Origin: Wallemia ichthyophaga EXF-994
Taxonomy: Eukaryota > Fungi > Basidiomycota
Length of the DNA stretch: 62,000 nucleotides
Direction: 5' to 3'
NCBI RefSeq assembly: GCF_000400465.1
Contig: NW_008806283.1
Span: 206,001-268,000 of the forward strand
This document shows, one piece after another, positions 12,431-23,123 of the stretch. Within the stretch, counting starts at the first letter, position 1; each line of letters opens with the position of its first letter. Both the position numbers and the translations under genes were made by a program. Under the pieces are notes generated by a model that was not told where the DNA came from, ran no database searches, and saw only the letters and a list, made by a program, of their open reading frames with translations.

Positions 12431-14127
12431 ATGGAAAATGAAAATAAGAAAACGAATTATATTTCAACATACAATCGAGATAGGAATGTGATAGATTTCA
12501 ACGATAAGGATTACGAGGGCAACCAACTCAACGACGATGAACTCGCTGTTAATTTAGAAGCAGAGGAGAAAGTAACGCCGTTCGTAGTATTTCTTACTGT
12601 TAGTGGTGGCTGGGCTGCTAGACGCATCTCATTCCCCCACAGTGCGCTGCTGCCGTTAGTGGCCTTTTATTTGGTCTCGATACGGGGATTATATCGGGTG
12701 CTTTGGTTGAAATGGATGATGCGTTCGATAAGCCTTTAACAGATACTTACAAGGAGCTCATTACATCTGCCACTACTCTCGGGGCCCTCATTTCCTCACT
12801 ATGCGCGGGTATAGCTGCAGATATCATCGGCAGAAGACTCGCTCTCACCGGCGCAGACATCTTCTTCACCGTCGGCGCCATCGTACAAGCTTGTGCTAAG
12901 GATGTGTGGACCATGATCGTAGGCAGATTCATTCTCGGTCTCGGCGTCGGCTGGGCCTCATGTGTTGCGCCGCTCTATATAGGCGAGCTCTCTCCGACTA
13001 GGCTGCGAGGAAGACTTGTCACTGTAAACGGTGCATTCCTCACATTCGGTCAGGTGATAGCATATGCTATCGGTGCAGCCTTTGCCAATGTTGACGACGG
13101 GTGGCGGTACATGGTTGGTCTGTGTGCCGTTCCCTCTGGACTCCAACTCATTGCATTGCATTGGCTACCAGAGTCCCCCCGCTTTCTTCTCTCACGCGGT
13201 AAGGATGAGGGTGCGCGCAAGGTGCTCGCCCGTATATACCCATACATCAACCAAGAGGACATGACGGCCAAGCTGCATGTCCTCCAACAGGGGGTAAAAG
13301 AGTCGCTCGAAATCTCCAACCGCATTCCACTGCATAAGCGAATAGTAAAAATGTTCACCGAACCTGTCGTGCTTAAAGTCACCGTTATCGCAGCAGGTCT
13401 GCAAGCTTTTCAGCAGCTGTCAGGTTTCAACACATTGATGTACTACTCCTCGACTCTCTTTGCGCAGATCGGTTTCGACCAGCCCACCGCAACGGGGCTG
13501 ATTGTCAGCGGGACCAATTTCCTCGGTACGCTTTTCGCACTCAAGTATATTGACGTGATTGGTCGGCGTCGAATAATGCTTATTAGCGCACCTATGCTAG
13601 TCGTCTCGCTAACTTTCGCCAGTATCTGCTTCCATTTCCTGACGCAAGAGACAGGTGGGCATTTCGTAGACGGACACGACTATCCGAGGGTATGGTCTGC
13701 GCTGGTGCTGGTCGCGATTGTGCTCTATGTCCTTTTCTACGCCGTTGGACTGGGTAACGTACCATGGCAGCAGGGCGAGCTGTTCACGCTCGAGTACCGC
13801 GGTATCGGTACATCTCTCGCTACTGCTGCGAACTGGTCGTGCAATTTACTCATATCGCTCACTTATCTCTCGCTCATCAACACTATAACCGCCGCAGGCG
13901 CTTTCGGGTTCTACGCTGGCCTCTGCTTTTTAGGAACCCTCTTCGTCATCTTCTGTTACCCAGATCTCACCAAATTGTCCCTCGAGGAAGTGCAGGATGT
14001 CTTTGCGGGTAAAGGGTTCAAGGATGCCCGGAGAAGAGCGGAGGTTATGCGCAAGTCTAAATCTGAAGTACTTTATAGACTTCATGAGAAGGACGGTGCG
14101 CTGACGCCTGATTCACCGGATGAGTAG
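12431..14127 (+). CDS. MFS sugar porter, myo-inositol transporter (ITR1/2-like), 2 exons
   Basis: Spliced GLLFGLDTGIISGA, DIIGRR, PLYIGELSPTRLRG, WLPESPRFL, QQLSGFNTLMYY, VPWQQGELF. Confidence 0.88.
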
Positions 14128-14324
14128 GAGAAATGCACACACAAAGGGATATAGACACACGGATACATACACAATCACATATATATAAGGATATAGACAT
14201 ATATATAAAGCAGCGGATATGCACCTTGTACCAGTATTGATATAAGTTAATATATTTTGCAACATCGGTGATCAGTGCGTCGCGTTTCATTACAGCGTAC
14301 AACCAACAAAGAAGCCGATCCGAA

Positions 14325-16223
14325 ATGAAAAGCCTGAGGAGGTCACTCAATAAGGATAAGACAAATAGCGGTAGTACAAGTAATAGCACTAGCCATAGCC
14401 AGCAACAGATATCACCAAAAATAGCAGTGCTGCAACCACCTCAACTTGTCATAAAGGCAATTGGTTCGTATAGGGCGGAGAAAGCCGGGGAACTGAGTTT
14501 CGATGCTGGAGTATTCTACCACGTTCCAAGTCTAGAAATTGGCGGCGATGAGTTTTATGAAGCACACGACCCACTTAAGGGTACAAGAGGTCTTGTGCCA
14601 CGCTACCTGTTTGAGCCACTTAAAAGAGGAGGCGTAAGTGTGGACAATAGACAGTCATACGAGCATCACAATCAGCCCAATTCACACTCACACTCACACC
14701 CCAATTCACACTCTTCAAAGCCCTCCACTCAATACGCCGTCGTCCAGTTCGATTTTCTCGCAGAGAGACCAGACGAACTGAGCGCAAAAGCAGGCGAACC
14801 AATCATCGTCATTGCCCAATCAAACCATGAGTGGTTCGTCGCTAAACCCATCATGCGTCTCGGAGGTCCCGGTCTTATCCCCGTGGCATTTGTCGAGATT
14901 AGAGACCAGAAGAGTAATCAACCACTAGATACACACGCAATCGTGAGATCTGCTGTTATCCCCAAAGTTGAAGACTGGAAGCGACAAGCCGCTGATTACA
15001 AGAAAGCTTCGATTCCGCTTGGAAGATTTGAATTTAACAAGATGGACAACAGACACAAAGATGAAAAAGACAACGACAAGGAAAATTCTTTCCCGGAGAA
15101 TTCCACCCCTCACGGTGTCTCACACGGCAGCAACAACATACCAAGTACTCATCCAAGTACCAATTTTATATCACCCACTGAAAACGCTCAAATAGCATCT
15201 ACATCTCAACTGCCATCTGCAACCACGCCACCTGCAACTACACCATCCATCACTAGCATATTGCAATCATCCGTTGTCTCCCACTATCACGAGAATGAAG
15301 TGACGTGGTTCCAGTTCAATATTGTTTTCGTAGAAGCTGATACAACCGACGCGACTTTCATACCAACTAATCACACGCGCTCAATGATTCTATTCAGACT
15401 ATACGAAGATTTCTACGATTTCCAGATAAGATTGCTTGATACTTTCCCTGTTGAAGCTGGAAGGAGAGTGTCAGCAGATGGACAGGGGAAGACGCGTATA
15501 TTGCCTTACTTACCTGGACCTATAGAAGCGCATGATCTCAATGAGGTGTCTATAGTGAGAAGACGACTAGAGCTCAATCAATATGTGCACGAATTGTCTT
15601 CTCTCCCACAGCATATTATTAGCTGCGAGCTTTTTAGGGATTTCTTAGATGTCAGACCAGGCGATAGGGAGGTGAGCCACAGAAGTGAGCAGGGTGAAAT
15701 GGGTGAGATTGGCGAGGTTGGTGAATACGCCGAGCATGCTGAGGAGCATACTGAGCACAATTTGCATAATGCCCAACCCAAACACTCATCCGCATCAAGT
15801 TTATCAATTAACGGCGGTTTGGTTGAGAGTATGCACCATTTAGCTGTGGCGCAAGAAGAACAAAAAGACGAAGAGGAGCAAGAGAAACATCAAGACATAC
15901 CAGTATCGGCATCTGTCGACAGCTCACTAAGCGCACTACCTAAACTCGCATCCGAGTCAACACTTTCAACAATGTCAACCAGCGCGATGAAAGTGAAAGT
16001 ACTACACCAACCCACAGGTGACTTGATAGCATTGCGGATATCACCTACCGATCTCAAGTTGGATAGCCTTTTGGACAAGATAAGGGAGCGTTTCGGAGTT
16101 GATGTTAACCGGATATGGTCGAATGATGACAGCAGCAGCTTTGACAGGAAGGAGATTAGCACGGATGAGGAGCTGCACGAATGGTTGAACAATGCGTCTA
16201 AATTGAGTTTAATTGTTAGTTGA
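14325..16223 (+). CDS. BEM1: Polarity scaffold Bem1/Scd2 (SH3-SH3-PX-PB1)
   Basis: Two SH3 domains (GELSF..RGLVP; YAVVQFDFLAERPDELSAKAGE..GPGLIPVAFVE), PX (FRLYEDFYDFQI..LPYLPGP), PB1 (MKVKVLH..DLIALRI). Confidence 0.92.
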   Translation: MKSLRRSLNKDKTNSGSTSNSTSHSQQQISPKIAVLQPPQLVIKAIGSYRAEKAGELSFDAGVFYHVPSLEIGGDEFYEAHDPLKGTRGLVPRYLFEPLKRGGVSVDNRQSYEHHNQPNSHSHSHPNSHSSKPSTQYAVVQFDFLAERPDELSAKAGEPIIVIAQSNHEWFVAKPIMRLGGPGLIPVAFVEIRDQKSNQPLDTHAIVRSAVIPKVEDWKRQAADYKKASIPLGRFEFNKMDNRHKDEKDNDKENSFPENSTPHGVSHGSNNIPSTHPSTNFISPTENAQIASTSQLPSATTPPATTPSITSILQSSVVSHYHENEVTWFQFNIVFVEADTTDATFIPTNHTRSMILFRLYEDFYDFQIRLLDTFPVEAGRRVSADGQGKTRILPYLPGPIEAHDLNEVSIVRRRLELNQYVHELSSLPQHIISCELFRDFLDVRPGDREVSHRSEQGEMGEIGEVGEYAEHAEEHTEHNLHNAQPKHSSASSLSINGGLVESMHHLAVAQEEQKDEEEQEKHQDIPVSASVDSSLSALPKLASESTLSTMSTSAMKVKVLHQPTGDLIALRISPTDLKLDSLLDKIRERFGVDVNRIWSNDDSSSFDRKEISTDEELHEWLNNASKLSLIVS

Positions 16224-16267
16224 ATTTCATTCCAACTTGGCTATCTACCTTCTTTTTTAAAACGGTC

Positions 16268-17274
16268 ATGGATTTCTCAGCCGAGACATATTTTAGCACA
16301 CAGCCAGAACCAGCAAACCACGCCGAGAAGTTAGCTTCTGTGACTGCGTTTATAGACAGACAAATTTCACGTAACCGTCGAGTAGCTCTTGTAACTGTAA
16401 GTGAAGATTGACATCATATCGGATAAGACATCTGAGGGTGTTAATATAGTCTGGTGGCACTACAGTACCGCTTGAGAAGAATACTGTGCGTTTTCTCGAC
16501 AATTTTAGCGCTGGTACGCGTGGAGCGACTTCAGCGGAATACCTCCTTAACGATCCACGCTATGCAGTTATATTTATGCATCGCCAGCATTCTCTCCAGC
16601 CATACACTAAGCATTTCAGTCACACCACCAACCCTTTCCTCGATCTACTCAATCTACCGGAATCCCCCGATGATGAAATCACAGTGAACAGAAACAAGAC
16701 ACCTGAAATGTTCAACATACTCCGCAATCACCATCAAGTCGTCTGCGAAGATAGATTATTTAGTCTCCCATTCGTCACTATCGCCGATTACCTTTTCTTG
16801 TTGCGGGATGTGAGTATGGCTATGAAATCTTGTTCAAAGAGCGCCCTCTATTACCTCGCTGCTGCAGTCAGTGATTTCTTTATACCAACGCAGAAAATCT
16901 ACGAGCATAAAATTCAGTCACAAAAGGGTAGCTTGCAGATAGAGATGGATCAAACACCCAAAATACTCGGTTCTCTCGTTAAGGATTGGACTCCGGAGGG
17001 TTTCATTGTCAGCTTTAAATTGGAAACTGAACATTCACTCTTAATACCTAAAGCTATTGGTGCTCTCGAAAAGTATGAGCATCATCTCGTTATCGCTAAT
17101 GAACTTAAGAATAGAAAATACAAAGTAGCTCTGGTTGAAAGGAAGCTGGATGGTCAATTCAGTGAGGACTTTGTCGAGATTGGTGAAAATACCCACGATA
17201 AGGAAATTGAAGAGGAGATAATCAAGCAGGTTATCAGTAGACACGATATTCATCTCACTCAGCAGCGACTTTGA
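16268..17274 (+). CDS. CAB2: Phosphopantothenate--cysteine ligase (CoA biosynthesis), 2 exons
   Basis: Spliced VALVT|[55 protein letters not shown]. Confidence 0.93.
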
Positions 17275-17458
17275 GGCTTTAACATTTCATTTCAACGCGA
17301 TTCTATCGTGAAACAAGCCCAATTCCATTAGACAAAACATTTCGGAACATAACACTCTTTCTATACATTCACCCTTTCTGTGTACAGTTTGTACATACTA
17401 TATCACTCTTCATGATACAAATATCTATCTAATTATACAAATATCCTTGCTAGTAAAA

Positions 17459-18932
17459 TTACTGTGAATGGCCGTCGTCAGTCTCAAGTGGCGGTGCACT
17501 TGCTTCAATCGTTCGAGTGTTGTGTGAAGGAGGCGGTGCAGACGGCGCAGGTGGTATAATATGATCGTTATTCGACTCCTGCAGATTTTATTAGTAAAGC
17601 TTTACCACATCGAAACCAACTCACATCAGAATAAGGTAGATCAAATGGACTGAACGTCGGTTCAAATGCGGTAGGAGGAAGTGGTAAACTAGGCATTAAA
17701 TCTTTCTTCTTGGTATCGGAATTATCATGATCGGGCTGCTTCCAAAACCCTTCTTCCACAGTCTCATAGCCATCACCGTCAACATTAGCCACTGGAACTG
17801 ATGCATCATGCCGCCGTTGCTCGTCATCTCCAAATGGCGATGAAGAAGCCATATGTAGATTCCGCAAATGATCTTTATCATCAATTGCAATATGAGCAGT
17901 GAGATGATGAGCACTGTTGTCATTCTCACTATCACTATCACTCGTCGCTGGTTCTGGCGTTTCTTCCAGCTCCTCGAGATCGTTATTGCCTCGACTGTTA
18001 ATATAGCGTGACTTTTCCGTTTGGCGTGTCGTACTCGGTGCTCGTCTTGATGTTGTCGGTCTTTGCGAGTTAGGTCTGTATGCCGGAGGTAGAGCTGGTA
18101 GTGCGCCTGAGTCTGTGTCGCGGTCTAATGGGAATGGAGGTGGCGATTCATGATGCTCGTGGTGCTCGTGGTGCTCATTTTCATTATCGTCATTGCGTTG
18201 ACGTGGCTGAATTTGAGTCAAAGTCTCTTGGTTGACTTGCTCAGCTTGCTCAACTCCCCCAAGTCCCCGACTGTTGTCATCATCACCCTCGCTAGCTCGA
18301 TTCCTCCCTGTGTCGTGACTGAGTAACTCGCCTCTCTCCTCCTCGTTATCGTTATCGTTGTTGTTGTTGATTGATGGGCTGATTATGGAACGGAGAGAAG
18401 GCACATGATGTATTTTCCTGCCTTTCCTATGTTTAAGGTATTTGAGCGGGTTCCTCCGCTTCCTGACAAACGAGGTGGTACTTTTAGGCTCATCCTGATC
18501 GCCATCAAAACCACTCTCGCTCTTTTTAAGCTTAGTTCGGGATTTGGATTTCCGCCGCCGCCTCCACACGATAGTCCCGAACATTGTGAAGACTATCACG
18601 GAAGCGAGTACGACACTAATACCAATAATAAGTGGCTCACTGTTCTTGTGGTAGGATGCGTTGGCATGATTAGTCCCCCACCCTCGAGGCATGGATGGGT
18701 TATTGGTATCGAATGGATCCATACTACTTCGCTTGTCGTAGACATTGACGCCCCAGAATTTGAACTCATTGACTTTTTCACTGTTCTTTGTCAGCTTTAG
18801 CGGCAAATTGACTTGCTCAAGCTCAACGCTGTAGCTCTGATTGAGTTCTGCTTGTGTATTACCGTAAGCCAAGCCATATGTGACTAATACACATAGTAAA
18901 TTAATAAAGAGGCATACTCGCACACCCTTCAT
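17459..18932 (-). CDS. Uncharacterised type-I single-pass membrane protein with disordered cytoplasmic tail, 2 exons
   Basis: N-terminal hydrophobic signal; TM LIIGISVVLASVIVFTMFGTIVW followed by RRRRK; PPAY motif; GTGAGT..CTAAT..CAG intron to a Pro-rich last exon. Confidence 0.7.
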
Positions 18933-19081
18933 GAAATCTCACACGGATTTCCTCAATTTCTGGTTTATGGGGGATCACAGTCGGAAACCACGATAAGATA
19001 TGGTGGGAAAATTGGTTTATTTTTTCATAGCTTTGTCAATTTAGGCACAAATCAAATCAAATTAAATCAGTCGTCGTCAGA

Positions 19082-19869
19082 TTATGCTACAGATTCCCTC
19101 ATTATCTTGATTTTCTTGGTAAATTTCTCAACATTTAATTCTGGCTGTAGTGCTGTGAGTAAAGTGGAAGTGGCAGCGAACCACTTACGCTTGGTGTAGT
19201 GGACTTTACAGAAGGCAAATCAAGCAAGTCTGTAACGTATCTGTTGAACTTTTGATACTTCTCCGTCTTGAGTGTCTCAAGCACGCTCCTTGCGCCTGCG
19301 ATATCGCAAACATCTTCTTTTGCGTTCTCAGCAAAGTCCTTGAATCTGACAAAGAATGGTGCAAATGCTAAATCACCAATTGTTGGCTTGTTGTCTCCCA
19401 ATAAGAAACCGGTTTCTGGAAGGTGAGCTTGGAGTGCGTCAATAGCTTGCAAGATATTCGTTGAACTTTCGCCGCGGAACAACCAAGCAAAGTATTGAGA
19501 GTTGAAGTAGCCGCCTGCTTCGATGAACAGACGTACTTTGGCCCGGTTGACAGCATTCACCAAGCCATGAGGAAGGAGGTGTGCATCTGGATAGAGATCA
19601 GCAACCAATTCCAACAAAACTAAGCTCTCATTGATCGACACTCCGTTCTCTGGAATCTTAGAAATGTCTTTCTGGTGATTGTCTTTGTCTATAACAAGCG
19701 CTGGAACTTTGGAAGCTGGGTTGATTTGAGGATACCATTCTGGCTTCTTCTCTAAATCAATTTCCACCTTCTCGAACTTGGCACCGGCTTGCAGCAGCGC
19801 AGCCTCTACACGATGCGCAAAGGGGCAAATGTGTGCTGTGTATAAAACTAAGCGTGAAGTCAAAGTCAT
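19082..19869 (-). CDS. Glutathione S-transferase (omega-like CPFA active site), 2 exons
   Basis: LYTAHICPFAHR, KPEWYPQINPASKVPAL, SINESLVLLEL, GFLLGD..TIGDL. Confidence 0.88.
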
Positions 19870-19922
19870 GATTGTTGATGGTAGAGGGAGAAAGTAATTA
19901 AACTGGATTTGTAATAGATTTA

Positions 19923-19929
19923 TTAGTCA
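19923..19929. promoter_or_regulatory. Possible Yap1 response element (TTAGTCA = TGACTAA) ~54 bp upstream of the GST start
   Basis: Exact match to a known YRE variant at a plausible position; 7-mers also occur by chance. Confidence 0.3.
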
Positions 19930-19999
19930 TCAGCTTGCGCATGATTGCATTTGAAAGTAAATATCTGGGATAATTTTGACAATTTACACAATTCGCTCT

Positions 20000-20900
20000 A
20001 TTCACAGCTCTGTTATCGAAACTTGTGGCAAAGATGGAGCTGTCCATCGATGATGTCATTAGCACGGCCACGATGGTTTAATAATCTAGCTTTAGGGATT
20101 CCAGTAGGGTTTGTAATCAAGCTCACGCTCTTTGGAAGTATTAAGGTATTTGTAATCTTCGCGCGAGCGTTGTCACTTTAAGCCAAGTAAAATTGTTTCG
20201 GGATCGTAATTTGGTACAAAATAGTTTAATCGCCTTCACACTCCTATTTTTTGGAATCTCGGAATGCACTTGGTCGATCCAAACCATCGATTTCAGAATT
20301 AAGCTGACCCCTACTTTCCTTTGCATGAATTGCTTTTATACCCGTGCGATGGTCCAGAGTGATAAATTTTTTTCGCTGTAGCCACCATCGTGTCCTGTGG
20401 ACGCTATTTGTCGGAGAATGTAAATCACGTCTAGAAGGGCCAGCATTTTTGAGTTCTTGACTACTGCGGTTTTCATCAGCTTAAATTGTTTGTTTCTATC
20501 GATGAAGTTCCTGAAATCTCCATACCTAATCTGCAGGGTGCTCTAGAGCGATGTCGGACCGCAAATCCTGGACGGCCTACAGTGCGCGATTAGAGGCTTA
20601 GAGATATGCTTCTGGTGACGCCTCATAGAAACCATTCAGAGCTACATGCCAAGATCCTTTATTTGGAGATCATCAAAACTCGTAAATCAGCCATTTGAGA
20701 TCAGTGGTGGTCAAAAAACTAACTCAGTGGATATTGAACGGAGGGATTATGTGTGGATGTATTTAAAATGCTGGATATGCTAAGAAAATGTTGGAAATGG
20801 TATCTTCTTCAATTGGTCAGTATATCGTATCTCTGCGTTCGGTTTCTCACTTACTTGGCCATTTGTTGCGTGAGTTGAATCAACTCAACTCAGTGGAATA
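20000..20900 (-). pseudogene. Degenerate spliced gene of unknown family, copy B (paralog at ~1.1-1.9 kb)
   Basis: Colinear similarity to copy A; CCAA|GTAAGT..TACTGAC..AAG intron remnant; blocks FTSFDDL, MLALLDVIYILRQIASTG, LDRPSAF with in-frame stops and frameshifts. Confidence 0.55.
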
Positions 20901-21279
20901 ACCAGTATCTATGAGAGGCATTTATTGAATAACTGAAATTCACATGCAAACACCACACTTCCATGTGGTTTCGCTCTTAGGTCATTAGTGATATATCATC
21001 GGGTCGCAATGAAGCCATTGACAGACGTGAGATAAAACCTAGTAGGTAGAGCTGCGCATTGTGCTCTACTTGGTTGATGTTGATTGGATTGCGTCGATAT
21101 AGATAAGACAACTTTAGTGATGTTTGGCGGCGATTACAGGCATCGAGTAGTCTTTTGGTATACAAGTCTTGTCAATATAGCGACAGTAGCTGCACCCCCA
21201 AACATTAAACCCTGCTTGCAATTTACTTAGATACTTAAAGCAAGAAATGGAATCGTAAGACAGATAATTACAAAATAAA

Positions 21280-22520
21280 TTAATCACTCTCATCTTCGGA
21301 CTCAGCCTCGTCGAGCCACTAGAGTTTTTTGTTAGCTATGTGTGAACAAGGTAATGTCTGATACTCACCTTCAAAAATGGCTTGGCAGAAACTCTGACTT
21401 TCTTTGAGACATCTTTATCGACATACTTTTTAGAAACATGCGTACCCCAGTGCTGAATGACTTCCTCTTCCAGGAGATCAGCTTGATAGATCTTCATGAG
21501 CAGTTTAGGAAGCTGAGGAAGAAGTTCCGGGTAGTTGAGACCAACGAGTCTCTCAAGACCGCCGAGAATACTCTTTTGATGCTTTTCAGAACCATCCTTG
21601 CACATTTGTTCCAAGACTGGAATAATACCATCAAGCTCCTTGAAAGCGTTTTGGGTGAGAGCAGATTGGATGACAACTTGGACAGTTTTATGCTTTTGTT
21701 CTATATTCAGATCTCTGGACTTGTTGAGGATATCAACAGGATTGATGGTTTGATCTTCGGCGTGCTTCTCCTCAATCCACAAAGCCAACTGAGATTCAGG
21801 GGCATCGTTACCGTCTTCATCAGAGTTAGCGCCGTCTTGTCCGAGGATGGTAGTGACACCTTCAGATAACTGATTAACTCTAGCTTGGACAGCTGCCTCT
21901 GAGGTGTCGACACTCCATTCATTGTCAGCTTTCTTATCAGCAATGGGGACAGCCTTAGCTTCAGCGTTAATTCTAGCAGTGAGATCATCTTGAGTTTGAG
22001 CGTCATTCTCCATTTGTTCGACTTCGTCAGTTGCCTTGTTTGCAGCTTCAGCATGAGCGCCTTGACCTTTCTTCTTCTTTGGAGGCGGATTCTTTTGAAT
22101 GTAAGTGGTAAGCTTATGTACCTTATCGACACCAGAGCGTTTACCGCAAGCTTTGCAATCCTTAATAATGTCATCATTCTTAGACATTTGTAATTCCGTT
22201 TCAGGGTTTTTGCAAGAACCACAGAGAACAAATTTAGCGATGAAGGAATCGAGGACTTCCCTAAGCCTGTCAACCTGATGACTACCATTAACGATATACC
22301 GATCATTCTTATCGTCCAAAGTAGTTTGAGCACCCAACTCGAAACCAAAGAACTTTGTTGGATAGTTTGGAGGTCTAGCCAAGGCTTTTGCGACGTCTGA
22401 CATATTTGGAATTACAGTCTTTATGCCATTTCCCTTGCCTTCAATTTTTGTAACCAACTGAGGCATTTTATACCTGTAAAATTTATCATCAACGTCCCTT
22501 CTAATATTTACTAGCGTCAT
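21280..22520 (-). CDS. TIF5: Translation initiation factor eIF5, 2 exons
   Basis: DKFYRYKMP, KIEGKGNGIKT, FVLCGSCKNPET, CKACG, W2 domain ending K|WLDEAESEDESD. Confidence 0.96.
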
Positions 22521-22608
22521 TGTATAGCATGTAAAGCGATTCTAATCGTTTAAACTTAATTTTCGTTGTTGGTGGTTGGCCTGGGAGAACAGTGATGGGA
22601 AATATCAA

Positions 22609-23064
22609 TCAATCCATGCTAAAATCTTCTACAACAGAAACTTGGGCGTAAGTTTTATCATCTTCGTAGGCGTCATCGCGCTGCTTATTGGATTCCTTGT
22701 TATCCTTGTTATCTTCCTCCTCCTCTTGCGTTTTCCACTGAGACTCGTAATTTTCATAATTCGATTTAGCTTCAGTTTTGCGATGAGCCCTGAGCTGCGA
22801 GGATATTTGTTAGAGTCAAAACGCACACCCATCCCCACTAACCTCCTTGGTTTCCTGCTTCTTGGCCTCCTTATCCCTCGCCACCGCCTTTTCCCTCCTA
22901 TCATTTAGACGCTTCTGCTTCCTCTTTCTAAACCCAGTGAGATATTCCCTACGCTTGTCCTCATCGAATACGATCTCATCCACCTGCTTCGTCTTGTTCT
23001 GGCGCTTCCTCCCCAATGCCTCCTTATCAAAGCTCAAAATTGCGCTATTCGATGATTTACCCAT
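22609..23064 (-). CDS. RRP17: Nucleolar protein Rrp17/NOL12 family, 2 exons
   Basis: EIVFDEDKRREYLTGFRKRKQKR signature; GTTAGT..CTAAC..CAG intron. Confidence 0.85.
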
Positions 23065-23123
23065 GACCGCACAAAAGCAAATTGATAAGCTGCGAAAATG
23101 TTTTATTTATTAATGTACACATA

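Noticed and set aside
20977-21165. 62-aa ORF between pseudogene copy B and TIF5
   Set aside because: No motif, no splice signals and no counterpart beside copy A
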